Positions 56,079 to 64,000 of a DNA stretch of 64,000 nt are shown here, piece after piece (the stretch's first letter is position 1; each line of letters opens with the position of its first letter). The notes beneath the pieces are model-generated. The model ran no database searches, was not told the origin of the DNA, and saw only the letters and a program-made list of their open reading frames with translations. The stretch lies in assembly GCA_964420555.1 (NCBI GenBank), contig CAYQTT010000004.1, positions 26,679 through 90,678 on the forward strand, given 5' to 3'. Origin of the DNA: an uncultured Lentimicrobiaceae bacterium. Lineage in GTDB: Bacteria; Bacteroidota; Bacteroidia; Bacteroidales; UBA4417. The position numbers and the translations under genes are program-made.

Positions 56079-56660
56079 TTATTCTTTTGTGTCAATCCCG
56101 AACGAATTAACTTCTCTCACTTCCCCCGCCTGCAATTCTCCCAGGTGTATATTTCCTATCCGCACCCTCACCAGGCGTAAGGTCGGGAAACCTGCTGCTG
56201 CCGTCATTTTGCGCACCTGCCTGTATTTGCCTTCGGTTAGTGTTACTGATATCCAGCTGGTTGGTCCATGTCGATCGTCGCGGATTTTGCGGGTGCGCGG
56301 GGCAAAACCAGGATCGTACTCCAGCCTGTAAACTTTACAGGGTTTTGTTTGGTATTTAACATCGCGGATGCCTATTTCAACACCTTGCTGAAGTTGATCA
56401 ACAGCTTCATCAGTTATCAATCCGTCAACCTGGGCGTAATATTCTTTTTCAATTTTGCGGCTGCGTATGTATTCACTAACCTGTCCGTCGGTAGTAAGTA
56501 ATAAAAGGCCTTCACTTTGCTCGTCGAGGCGGCCAATCGCCATGGTGCCTTCAGGGAAATCATATAAACTGCCCACAAGTTTTTTCTTTGGCAGCTCACA
56601 AACAAACTGGCATAAATAACCGAATGGCTTGTGATGGATAAAGTGGCGATGTTCAGGCAT
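56079..56660 (-). CDS. RsuA/RluE-family pseudouridine synthase
   Basis: HKPFGYL, GRLDEQSEGLLLLT, EGKYRQVRKM, PTLRLVRVRIG; ATG at 56660 preferred. Confidence 0.92.
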   Translation of the reverse strand: MPEHRHFIHHKPFGYLCQFVCELPKKKLVGSLYDFPEGTMAIGRLDEQSEGLLLLTTDGQVSEYIRSRKIEKEYYAQVDGLITDEAVDQLQQGVEIGIRDVKYQTKPCKVYRLEYDPGFAPRTRKIRDDRHGPTSWISVTLTEGKYRQVRKMTAAAGFPTLRLVRVRIGNIHLGELQAGEVREVNSFGIDTKE

Positions 56661-56807
56661 AGGTTGTTTCTGTGGGTATAATTGAGTTGGGGATTTCAAC
56701 AGTTTGATAATAATCGTAAAATAAAGAGTTTCTGAAAGAAGAAACAAAATTACTGCTTTCAAAGGTTCACAAAGTGCTCTGATCAGAAATCTCCCAAATC
56801 AATCCCA

Positions 56808-56978
56808 CCGCTTCCGCGTAAATCCCTTCGCGTGGCGCCATAAACATCCTTAATTTCCAATGATCAACAATTCCATTTATTTATTGTAAGACAAATGAAA
56901 TTTATTAAATTTGCTTATAAGTCGCAACTATAAATTCCATAATCCAGAGACCGCGAAAGGATTCACGCGGTAGGGGGG
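56808..56978. repeat. Inverted REP-like doublet enclosing a promoter
   Basis: CCGCTTCCGCGTAAATCCCTTCGCGTGG (56808-56835) and inverted ACCGCGAAAGGATTCACGCGGTAGGGGGG (56950-56978); TAAATTTG at 56906-56913. Confidence 0.7.
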
Positions 56979-57016
56979 ATCGTTTAATATGACAACATGG
57001 CTCTAATTACTTCACA

Positions 57017-57391
57017 ATGAAAAATTATAAAACAACAAATTTTGGGAGAGTCTATTTAATGATATCGATACCAGTAGGAATTATTCTTTCAATCCTATTT
57101 TTGGTTTATATGTCAAACGATCGTTCATACCTATTAAAAAATTATCCAACTATTGAGAAAGTTACTGAAATTAGTGGCAGGGTAACAAAAGTAAAATTGG
57201 AAAGGGGAATATTCTGTATTGATTTTGCTGACGGTAAACGAGCAAAAACCATGGATGATATTACAGATAATAAAAAACATGATATTGCTTCTTTCCTAAA
57301 AGAATATGATTCAATTATCAAAAAAGCTAATAGTGATACGATTATTGTGAAACGATATGGTATATCTTATTACTTCATGCTCAGGTATTAG
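57017..57391 (+). CDS. AT-rich hypothetical single-TM protein
   Basis: 124-aa ORF with N-terminal TM helix between REP copies. Confidence 0.65.
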   Translation: MKNYKTTNFGRVYLMISIPVGIILSILFLVYMSNDRSYLLKNYPTIEKVTEISGRVTKVKLERGIFCIDFADGKRAKTMDDITDNKKHDIASFLKEYDSIIKKANSDTIIVKRYGISYYFMLRY

Positions 57392-57402
57392 ATATTTATA
57401 TT

Positions 57403-57432
57403 CCCCGCTACCGCGCGAATCCTTTCGCGTGG
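57403..57432. repeat. Third copy of the REP-like palindrome
   Basis: CCCCGCTACCGCGCGAATCCTTTCGCGTGG, inverted relative to 56950-56978. Confidence 0.75.
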
Positions 57433-57798
57433 TTAATACAAATCTACAACAATAAAATATCCAGCAAACTATGTTCTTACTCCAAAACTCAATAGGCTTA
57501 TTGGCGTGCCTCCAGAATTGATGATGTTATACATTTGCGCTCTCCCGAATCAATCCCATCAATCCTTTCAATCCCTTCATTCCCTTCAATCCTTCCCCCC
57601 CCAATCCCATCCAAAAATTAGTTCAAATATTTTTAATCCATGCTTGATAATATTCCTATTTTTGTGAAAGCTACTTTAGTAATAATGTAGGAAAGTCGAT
57701 TTTTAAATAACTCATTATCTCATTAACTCTCGCAGCTGTTTTAAATCAGGCAATAGTATTCTTGTAATCGCTTAGCTTAACACATAAATAACTTTCAA

Positions 57799-60700
57799 AT
57801 GAAGAAGGTACTTGTTTTTTTGAGTTTAACCTTACTGGTTTCTCTTACCGCTTTGGCTCAAACGCGGACCGTAACCGGAACGGTAACTGCACAGGACGAT
57901 GGCTCAACTTTACCCGGAGTAACTATTTTAATTAAAGGGACTTCGCAGGGCACAACAACTGATATTAACGGTAAATATGCGCTGCAAGGCGTTTCCGGAT
58001 CGTCGGTTATTGTTTTTACTTTTATTGGCTTTACCCCGATTGAAATAGAAGCAGGCAATCAGCAGGTAATTAATGTGGAGTTGATACCGGAATTACAGAA
58101 CCTGGATGAGGTAGTTGTAACTGCTCTTGGCGTGAAACGTGAGAAGCGCGAAATAGGATACTCTTCCGAAAAAATGGATACCGAGGAAATCGCGCGGAGC
58201 AATACATCAAATGTTCTCGGAGCTATAGCAGGAAGGTCGGCAGGTGTGCTTGTTTCTCAGGGCGACGGTGTCGAAGGTGGTTCAACACGTATTGTGATCA
58301 GGGGAAATAACAATCTTGCCAAGAATAACCAGCCACTGATTGTGGTGGATGATGTTCCGCTGGATAATAATCCGGGACTCAGCAATGTAGGGCGCGGTGT
58401 GGATTGGGGTAACGGAATTTCCGACATCAATGCATTTGATATTGAGGATTATACTGTTTTGAAAGGGGGTGCGGCTTCGGCCCTTTACGGCGAGCGTGGC
58501 GCTAACGGTGTTATACTTATTACAACTAAGCGAGGGAAAAAACAAACTGGAATCGGCGTGAGTTATAATTACAATTATAAGCTTACGCAGCCTTATATGT
58601 ACCGCGATGTTCAAAACAAATACGGGCATGGCGGACCCATCACCTTGAGTGAGCCCGGGTTTCCGGTTGCTGAGGACGGTACACTCCTCTATCCTGGAAT
58701 TTATGGCACCGATAAACTGATCCTGAACCAGGAAGGTAAAACTTCGACAACTTCCGAAGAATTTGGTTACTATGGATCAGCCGTTTCCTGGGGCCCCGAA
58801 ATGAAAGGTCAGATGGTAAAATGGTGGGATGGCGAAATGCGCTATTATTCGCCCCAGCCCGATAACCTGAAAGATGCTTTTCACGATGGAAGTACTCAAA
58901 CCCATAATGTATCCGTGCAAGGCGGAACTGATAAAGGCACACTTCGAATGTCGCTAACCCGGCAGGATCATACGCCTGTAATTGATAATAGTAACTTTAG
59001 CCGCACCACTATTAATTTTGGAACGAATATCAAGGTTTCGGAAAAATTAAAAGCTGATGCCACTTTAACTTATGTGAAATACACTCGTAAAAACAGTCCG
59101 ATGATCGGCGAAGATGGTAACTCGTTCAGTAAAGGGTATTTGTATTCGTGGCCGCGAAGTTACAAAGGAATTGATAAGGAAAATTACGAGTTGACTGACG
59201 GATCGCAGAACCAGCTTGAAGGATATCCTTTTTATTATGTTGACAAATACCTTTGGTGGAATTATTACAACAATAATACATGGCAGGATCGTGATAAATA
59301 TTCCGGATCAGTTAAACTTATTTATAACATCACACCCTGGTTGAGTGCAACAGGGCGTGCTGGCCGCGAATACACTGTCGAGCAGTTCGAATCGAAAAAC
59401 AAACCTACTGATTTTATCGGACTTCTTGGCGGTGGGTATACTAACAGTATTGAGCGCACAGCTAATGATAACCTCGAATTCTTCCTTATGGCTGACAAGA
59501 TGGATATTCTAGGTTCGAAATTCGATGCAAGGCTAACCGCAGGAACCAGCAGATGGAATTATGATGCGTATGGTATTGCAGCACATTCAGGTACATGGTA
59601 TTATCCGAATATGTATACCTTCTTCAATTATACCGAACCTATATATGTTGCTGATGCTGAGGGTAACACCATCATGGTTAAACCGGGTAATACGCTAAGT
59701 TCAATACTCCCCTCGGAAACAGTGTTGAAACAGCGCACCAATTCAGTGTTCTCGTTTCTAAACCTTAGCTACGACGATTATCTTTTTGTTGAGTTTACCG
59801 GAAGAAACGATTGGTCCTCAACCTTACCCGAAAATAATAATTCGTATTTCTACCCCTCAGTTTCTTTAAGCTTTATTGCAACCGAAGCATTCAAACTTCA
59901 GAACACGATGCCCTGGCTGTATTTTCTGAAAGTAAGGGGCGGAATTGCACAAACGGCTAACAGCGCTTTGCCATACCAGAAAAATTTCTACTACAATACC
60001 AACTTCTTTGGCGGCCAGCAGTCCTCATCTTTGCCTGACGTAATTCCTCCGTTTGAGCTTAAACCGCAGTTTGTTAACGGGTACGAAGCAGGTGTAAATG
60101 TTGGTTTGTTCGATAACCGGGTTGATATTGACTTCACTTACTACTACAAGCATTCTTTCGATCAGATATTGAATCTTCCGGTTCCTGTAAGTTCCGGGGC
60201 TTCCAATATCACCATTAACGAAGGCGAACTCTCCAACAAAGGATTCGAATTTATTATCAATACGGTTCCTGTTCAGAATCAGAATATAATATGGAGAGCC
60301 GGGCTCAATTTTTCGCGGAACCGGAATTATATTGTCAGTCTGGGCGGATACTCTGATACCTATCACCTGGCTGATATCTGGGGACTTAACGGTCCGGCTA
60401 TGGATCTCTACGAAGGCGACGAGTACGGAACCATCACAGGATACGATTATGTGTATGACGACAATGGAAACCGTATTGTGAACGACGAAGGCACTAAATA
60501 CCTGATCACCGATACCCGCGTTCCGATCGGAAATGCTTCGCCCGATTTCCTTGCCGCGTTTAATACCGAACTTTTATTCAAGAATTTTCGGCTTGGTGCT
60601 TTAATCGATACCAAATGGGGCGGCGATATCTATTGCGGATCGTATGTAATAGGACTACAGACCGGCCAAAGCCCCGAAACACTGCTAGAACGTGATGGCG

Positions 60701-61119
60701 GAGGTTTGCCTTATACTGACCCTGACGGAAATGTACGCAACGTGGGTATTATCCTCGATGGCGTATATGCCGATGGAACTCCCAACGATAAAGTGGTGAA
60801 TTATTTGTACAAATACCTGCCTAATGCCGGCGGATGGGGGAAATTTGTTTCCACACCCGGAATCATTGAAAATACATGGGTGAAAATGCGCGAAATTTCC
60901 CTCAGCTACACTGTGCCTCAGTATGTTCTGAAAAAATCAAAAGTTTTTCAAACACTCACACTCTCCATTGTAGGCCGCGACCTTTTCTACATTTATACTA
61001 CGTTTCCCGACAACATTAATCCCGAAGGAATTATCGGATCCGATAACGCGCAAGGGTTCGAGTGGGCATCCTTCCCGGGAATGCGGTCCTTTACATTTGG
61101 GGCAAGCGTATCATTTTAA
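57799..61119 (+). CDS. susC: SusC/RagA TonB-dependent transporter
   Basis: EVVVTALGVKRE, LKGGAASALYGERGANGVILITTK, RNDWSSTL, C-terminal F. Confidence 0.95.
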   Translation: MKKVLVFLSLTLLVSLTALAQTRTVTGTVTAQDDGSTLPGVTILIKGTSQGTTTDINGKYALQGVSGSSVIVFTFIGFTPIEIEAGNQQVINVELIPELQNLDEVVVTALGVKREKREIGYSSEKMDTEEIARSNTSNVLGAIAGRSAGVLVSQGDGVEGGSTRIVIRGNNNLAKNNQPLIVVDDVPLDNNPGLSNVGRGVDWGNGISDINAFDIEDYTVLKGGAASALYGERGANGVILITTKRGKKQTGIGVSYNYNYKLTQPYMYRDVQNKYGHGGPITLSEPGFPVAEDGTLLYPGIYGTDKLILNQEGKTSTTSEEFGYYGSAVSWGPEMKGQMVKWWDGEMRYYSPQPDNLKDAFHDGSTQTHNVSVQGGTDKGTLRMSLTRQDHTPVIDNSNFSRTTINFGTNIKVSEKLKADATLTYVKYTRKNSPMIGEDGNSFSKGYLYSWPRSYKGIDKENYELTDGSQNQLEGYPFYYVDKYLWWNYYNNNTWQDRDKYSGSVKLIYNITPWLSATGRAGREYTVEQFESKNKPTDFIGLLGGGYTNSIERTANDNLEFFLMADKMDILGSKFDARLTAGTSRWNYDAYGIAAHSGTWYYPNMYTFFNYTEPIYVADAEGNTIMVKPGNTLSSILPSETVLKQRTNSVFSFLNLSYDDYLFVEFTGRNDWSSTLPENNNSYFYPSVSLSFIATEAFKLQNTMPWLYFLKVRGGIAQTANSALPYQKNFYYNTNFFGGQQSSSLPDVIPPFELKPQFVNGYEAGVNVGLFDNRVDIDFTYYYKHSFDQILNLPVPVSSGASNITINEGELSNKGFEFIINTVPVQNQNIIWRAGLNFSRNRNYIVSLGGYSDTYHLADIWGLNGPAMDLYEGDEYGTITGYDYVYDDNGNRIVNDEGTKYLITDTRVPIGNASPDFLAAFNTELLFKNFRLGALIDTKWGGDIYCGSYVIGLQTGQSPETLLERDGGGLPYTDPDGNVRNVGIILDGVYADGTPNDKVVNYLYKYLPNAGGWGKFVSTPGIIENTWVKMREISLSYTVPQYVLKKSKVFQTLTLSIVGRDLFYIYTTFPDNINPEGIIGSDNAQGFEWASFPGMRSFTFGASVSF

Positions 61120-61174
61120 AAGGCATAAATCATTGTTTAACTGATTATTAGTCAGGAATTAAAAAGATTGGAAA

Positions 61175-61249
61175 ATGAAATAGCCATGGTTGTATAAATC
61201 ACCAACCCAAGATTATATTAAACTCAACCTGGCGTATTCCATGTGACCT
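61175..61249 (+). ncRNA. Candidate structured leader element, copy 2
   Basis: Homologous to 25025-25099 with a compensatory change GATT/AATC to GGTT/AACC. Confidence 0.5.
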
Positions 61250-61271
61250 TAAAAAAAAAAATTAATAACAC

Positions 61272-62891
61272 ATGAAAATTAGAGGCATATTTTTTCTCGT
61301 TATACTTTCGGTAACCCTGTTGTCCTGCAAAAAAGATTTTGAGGAAATTGATACCAATCCGCAGGGTTTCACAACGGCCAGCGACGGGTCGCTTTTTAAC
61401 AGTGTTATCCAGTCGCTGCTGCCAAGTGGCAACGAACAGTTTTATGTGAACAACGAAATTTTGTACAAGCAAACCCAGCAAGCCGCATTAACACAAGGTG
61501 CATGGGGTAATTATACCATTGGAACCGAAGATATCTGGCAGAATTATTACCGCGCTTTACCTTCCATCAGGGAACTGCAGAAACGCTTCGATGCATACGC
61601 GCCATCGCCTTCGGTAACCAATATGAAAGCCATGCTTGCCATTACCCTGGCGTACAAAACATTTAAACTAACCGATCTTTTCGGAGATATTCCATATTCG
61701 GAAGCCGGTTACGGTTTTCAGGACCTGAGTTTGCTGCATCCCAAATACGACAAGCAGCGCGATATTTATATTTCGTTGCTTAACGATCTGAAATGGGCCG
61801 CCGAAAATATTAATGATACCACCGCCCGCGTTGAGCCATTTACCACTTTTTCATCCTTTGATAAGTTGTTCAACGGCAACCTGGCTAAGTGGCGCAAATT
61901 TGCAAACTCGCTGCAATTGCGCTATGCAATGCGAATGTCAGGAAAGGAGCCGGAAATAGCCGGTGAGATTATCAAAAACATTGTCGAAAATAACCTTCCT
62001 GTATTGCTGGGTTACGATTTTACAAGCGCAGCTCTCGAGAGCGCTTGTATGTGGCCTGCTGCCAACGGATTTACTAATAATAGTGTAAGCTGGTCGTTTC
62101 GCGAACATAATGGTTTGAGGATGGGCTCCAACATCTGGCATCAGTTTTCGTCGGACGACAGTCCCGAAGGGTATGGCATTTTCGATCCACGGGCTTTAGT
62201 TTACTTTGAAGGGGATGAAACTAATAAATGGAAACCATTTCCTCAGATCCCCGATGCCAATACCCCTTCGTCGCAGGGAATTCCTTATGGCAGCCACCGC
62301 GACGATAATGTCAATTACAGTATAAAAAGTAATGTGAATTATTCGCCATTCAATTACTTTCTTATTCAGGATGAGAATTTTATGCCTGTAATTCTAATGA
62401 CCGGAGCAGAAGTCCATTTCATTAAAGCCGAAGCTTATATGCTTGGAATAGGAGTAACCCGCGATAAAGATTTGGCTGACATTGAGTATATGAATGGCAT
62501 TAATTCCTCGGTGGAATGGTGGGTAAATTTAAGCGGACAACTTAAACTGCCTATTTCAGGGGTGAAGTTTGGTGAGAAAATTTCCATTGCACCCGAATTA
62601 AATGCAGCGTCAGTACTAAATCATTTTGGTTCGTGGAATACTACTACCGATGAAGAAATGCTTACCTTTATATACACCCAACGTTGGATTGATGCTTTCC
62701 GCCAGCCTTGGGAAGCCTATGCCGAAGCTCGCCGCACCGGCATGACTCCCCGCGAAGGTGACCCGATTGCCCATTTCCGTTTGCCTTACCCGCCATCGGA
62801 ATCGCAATATAATACCGAAAACTGGTCGTTAGCCAAATCGAGCCAGGGTGGAGAGGAACCAAATGTTAAGATTTGGTGGATTGCCTGGTAG
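61272..62891 (+). CDS. susD: SusD/RagB lipoprotein
   Basis: Lipobox LLSC-KKD; TDLFGDIPYSEA, KWRKFANSL, RLPYP, KIWW. Confidence 0.93.
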   Translation: MKIRGIFFLVILSVTLLSCKKDFEEIDTNPQGFTTASDGSLFNSVIQSLLPSGNEQFYVNNEILYKQTQQAALTQGAWGNYTIGTEDIWQNYYRALPSIRELQKRFDAYAPSPSVTNMKAMLAITLAYKTFKLTDLFGDIPYSEAGYGFQDLSLLHPKYDKQRDIYISLLNDLKWAAENINDTTARVEPFTTFSSFDKLFNGNLAKWRKFANSLQLRYAMRMSGKEPEIAGEIIKNIVENNLPVLLGYDFTSAALESACMWPAANGFTNNSVSWSFREHNGLRMGSNIWHQFSSDDSPEGYGIFDPRALVYFEGDETNKWKPFPQIPDANTPSSQGIPYGSHRDDNVNYSIKSNVNYSPFNYFLIQDENFMPVILMTGAEVHFIKAEAYMLGIGVTRDKDLADIEYMNGINSSVEWWVNLSGQLKLPISGVKFGEKISIAPELNAASVLNHFGSWNTTTDEEMLTFIYTQRWIDAFRQPWEAYAEARRTGMTPREGDPIAHFRLPYPPSESQYNTENWSLAKSSQGGEEPNVKIWWIAW

Positions 62892-62999
62892 GTTTTGAAG
62901 GTGTTGGGTTATTGGGGTTAGGATTTGGGGATTCAAAGCTTCAGATTAAATTAATGAAAATGCAATCAATAGTTTATTAACCATTTAATAATAAATCGA

Positions 63000-64000
63000 A
63001 TGAAAAAACTCTACTTTAAATCCAGGTTTATCCTGGTACTGATGATGCTTGCCGCAACATTGGGACTGAGAGCTCAGAGCAATCAGTACCTGCATTTCGA
63101 CAAGGTTGACGATCATGTGCTCCTCGAAAACGGCTCGCAATACGTAGCTAACTCACCCGGAATGACCATTGCCGGTTGGTTTTACGACGATCAGCTCGAA
63201 TACGGACAAGGCCTGATGGGCTTTCGCGGAACGCAGGGGTTTTATCTCATCCAGTTGGGAGAAGGTAAAATTGAATGCCGTTTTGTGAATTCGTCGAATG
63301 TGCTTTTTGAATATGTAGCGCCGGCAAATACTATTATTCCACAGGTTTGGCAACATTTCGCATGGGTTTATGATGGCGCTGCCGTTAAACTTTATGTAAA
63401 CGGAAACCTGAAAGGTCAGAAAGCTGCCAATGGCAACTTTACAGCCACCGATATTCCTTTTGCTATCGGGCGGAGTATCGCCGGTGGCGGTCTGAATTTT
63501 TACTGGGGCGGACGTATCGACGAGGTTTCTGCCTGGTCGAAAGCCCTTACACAGGCTGAAATTCAGGATATGGTTCAAAATGAACTAACAGGTACCGAAG
63601 CTGGTCTACAGATGTATTACAAATTCAACCAGGGCGTGCCGGGTGGCAATAACACTTCCATTACTACTCTTACCTCAAAAGTAGATTCGCCGGCTCGCGA
63701 TGCTGATTTACTCAATTTTGCCATGGTTGGCCCTACATCCAATTTTAACGGTACGCTCGACACCAGTTACCAGGCTATTTCGTTTCCGCAGATTCCAAAT
63801 AAACTGAATACCGCTGAGCCTTTCGATATCGAAGCAACTTCAACTTCAGGGCTTCCGGTCGAATTCACTATCCTTTCGGGACCTGCTGCCATAAGTGGAA
63901 ATACAATAACCCTCACCGGCGATACCGGCATAGTTGCAGTTGAAGCAACACAGCCTGGGAACGGTACTTACAACCCTGCTGATCCTGTGATTCAGCAATT
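63000..64000 (+). CDS. Exported LamG/concanavalin-like domain protein, truncated by window end (absent from ORF track)
   Basis: ATG at 63000: MKKLYFKSRFILVLMMLAATLGLRAQ...WQHFAWVYDG..VKLYVNG...GRIDEVSAWSKALT...YYKFNQG. Confidence 0.85.
   Translation, partial: MKKLYFKSRFILVLMMLAATLGLRAQSNQYLHFDKVDDHVLLENGSQYVANSPGMTIAGWFYDDQLEYGQGLMGFRGTQGFYLIQLGEGKIECRFVNSSNVLFEYVAPANTIIPQVWQHFAWVYDGAAVKLYVNGNLKGQKAANGNFTATDIPFAIGRSIAGGGLNFYWGGRIDEVSAWSKALTQAEIQDMVQNELTGTEAGLQMYYKFNQGVPGGNNTSITTLTSKVDSPARDADLLNFAMVGPTSNFNGTLDTSYQAISFPQIPNKLNTAEPFDIEATSTSGLPVEFTILSGPAAISGNTITLTGDTGIVAVEATQPGNGTYNPADPVIQQ

Noticed and set aside
1-64000. CRISPR array, tRNA/rRNA, integrase or transposase
   Set aside because: No regularly spaced identical repeats, cloverleaf/rRNA signatures or recombinase motifs seen; the repeats found are dispersed palindromes

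Overview
Bacteroidota (probably anaerobic Bacteroidales-like) chromosomal window, judged from T9SS C-terminal domains, SusC/SusD pairs and TAnnTTTG promoters. Left to right: (i) an AT-rich accessory stretch (1-9.4 kb) with REP-like palindromic elements and two tandem lipoprotein paralogues whose N-terminal half resembles Vip3-type helical toxins; (ii) an ECF-sigma/FecR-controlled PUL (SusC, SusD, LamG-like T9SS proteins, purple-acid-phosphatase, SGNH, GH16, acyltransferase, esterase); (iii) a DUF134/DUF1847/NifB-NifX operon, cytochrome bd (cydAB plus a small-subunit candidate) and a copper-uptake-like locus (Cys-rich leader ORF, OprC/NosA-type TBDT, MbnP-like protein); (iv) DUF4907 plus a Kelch T9SS protein, queA, mobA and a Moco riboswitch upstream of a TauE/SafE gene; (v) a divergent sulfur-respiration cluster, with Rieske and a cytochrome b/12-heme cytochrome c fusion on one side and PsrABC/PhsABC, two YeeE/YedE proteins and two Cys-less rhodanese-fold proteins ending in EASSGGGC on the other; (vi) a PKD/CHU_C protein, a pseudouridine synthase, a REP-flanked orphan and a second SusC/SusD locus running off the end. 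Best novelty candidates: the sulfur cluster with SoxY-like terminal-Cys arms, the Vip3-like lipoproteins, an unannotated ~75-nt structured leader present twice 36 kb apart, REP-doublet/promoter-flanked AT-rich cassettes, and a CruR-like copper leader. All family calls are from motif recognition by eye; no database search was run.
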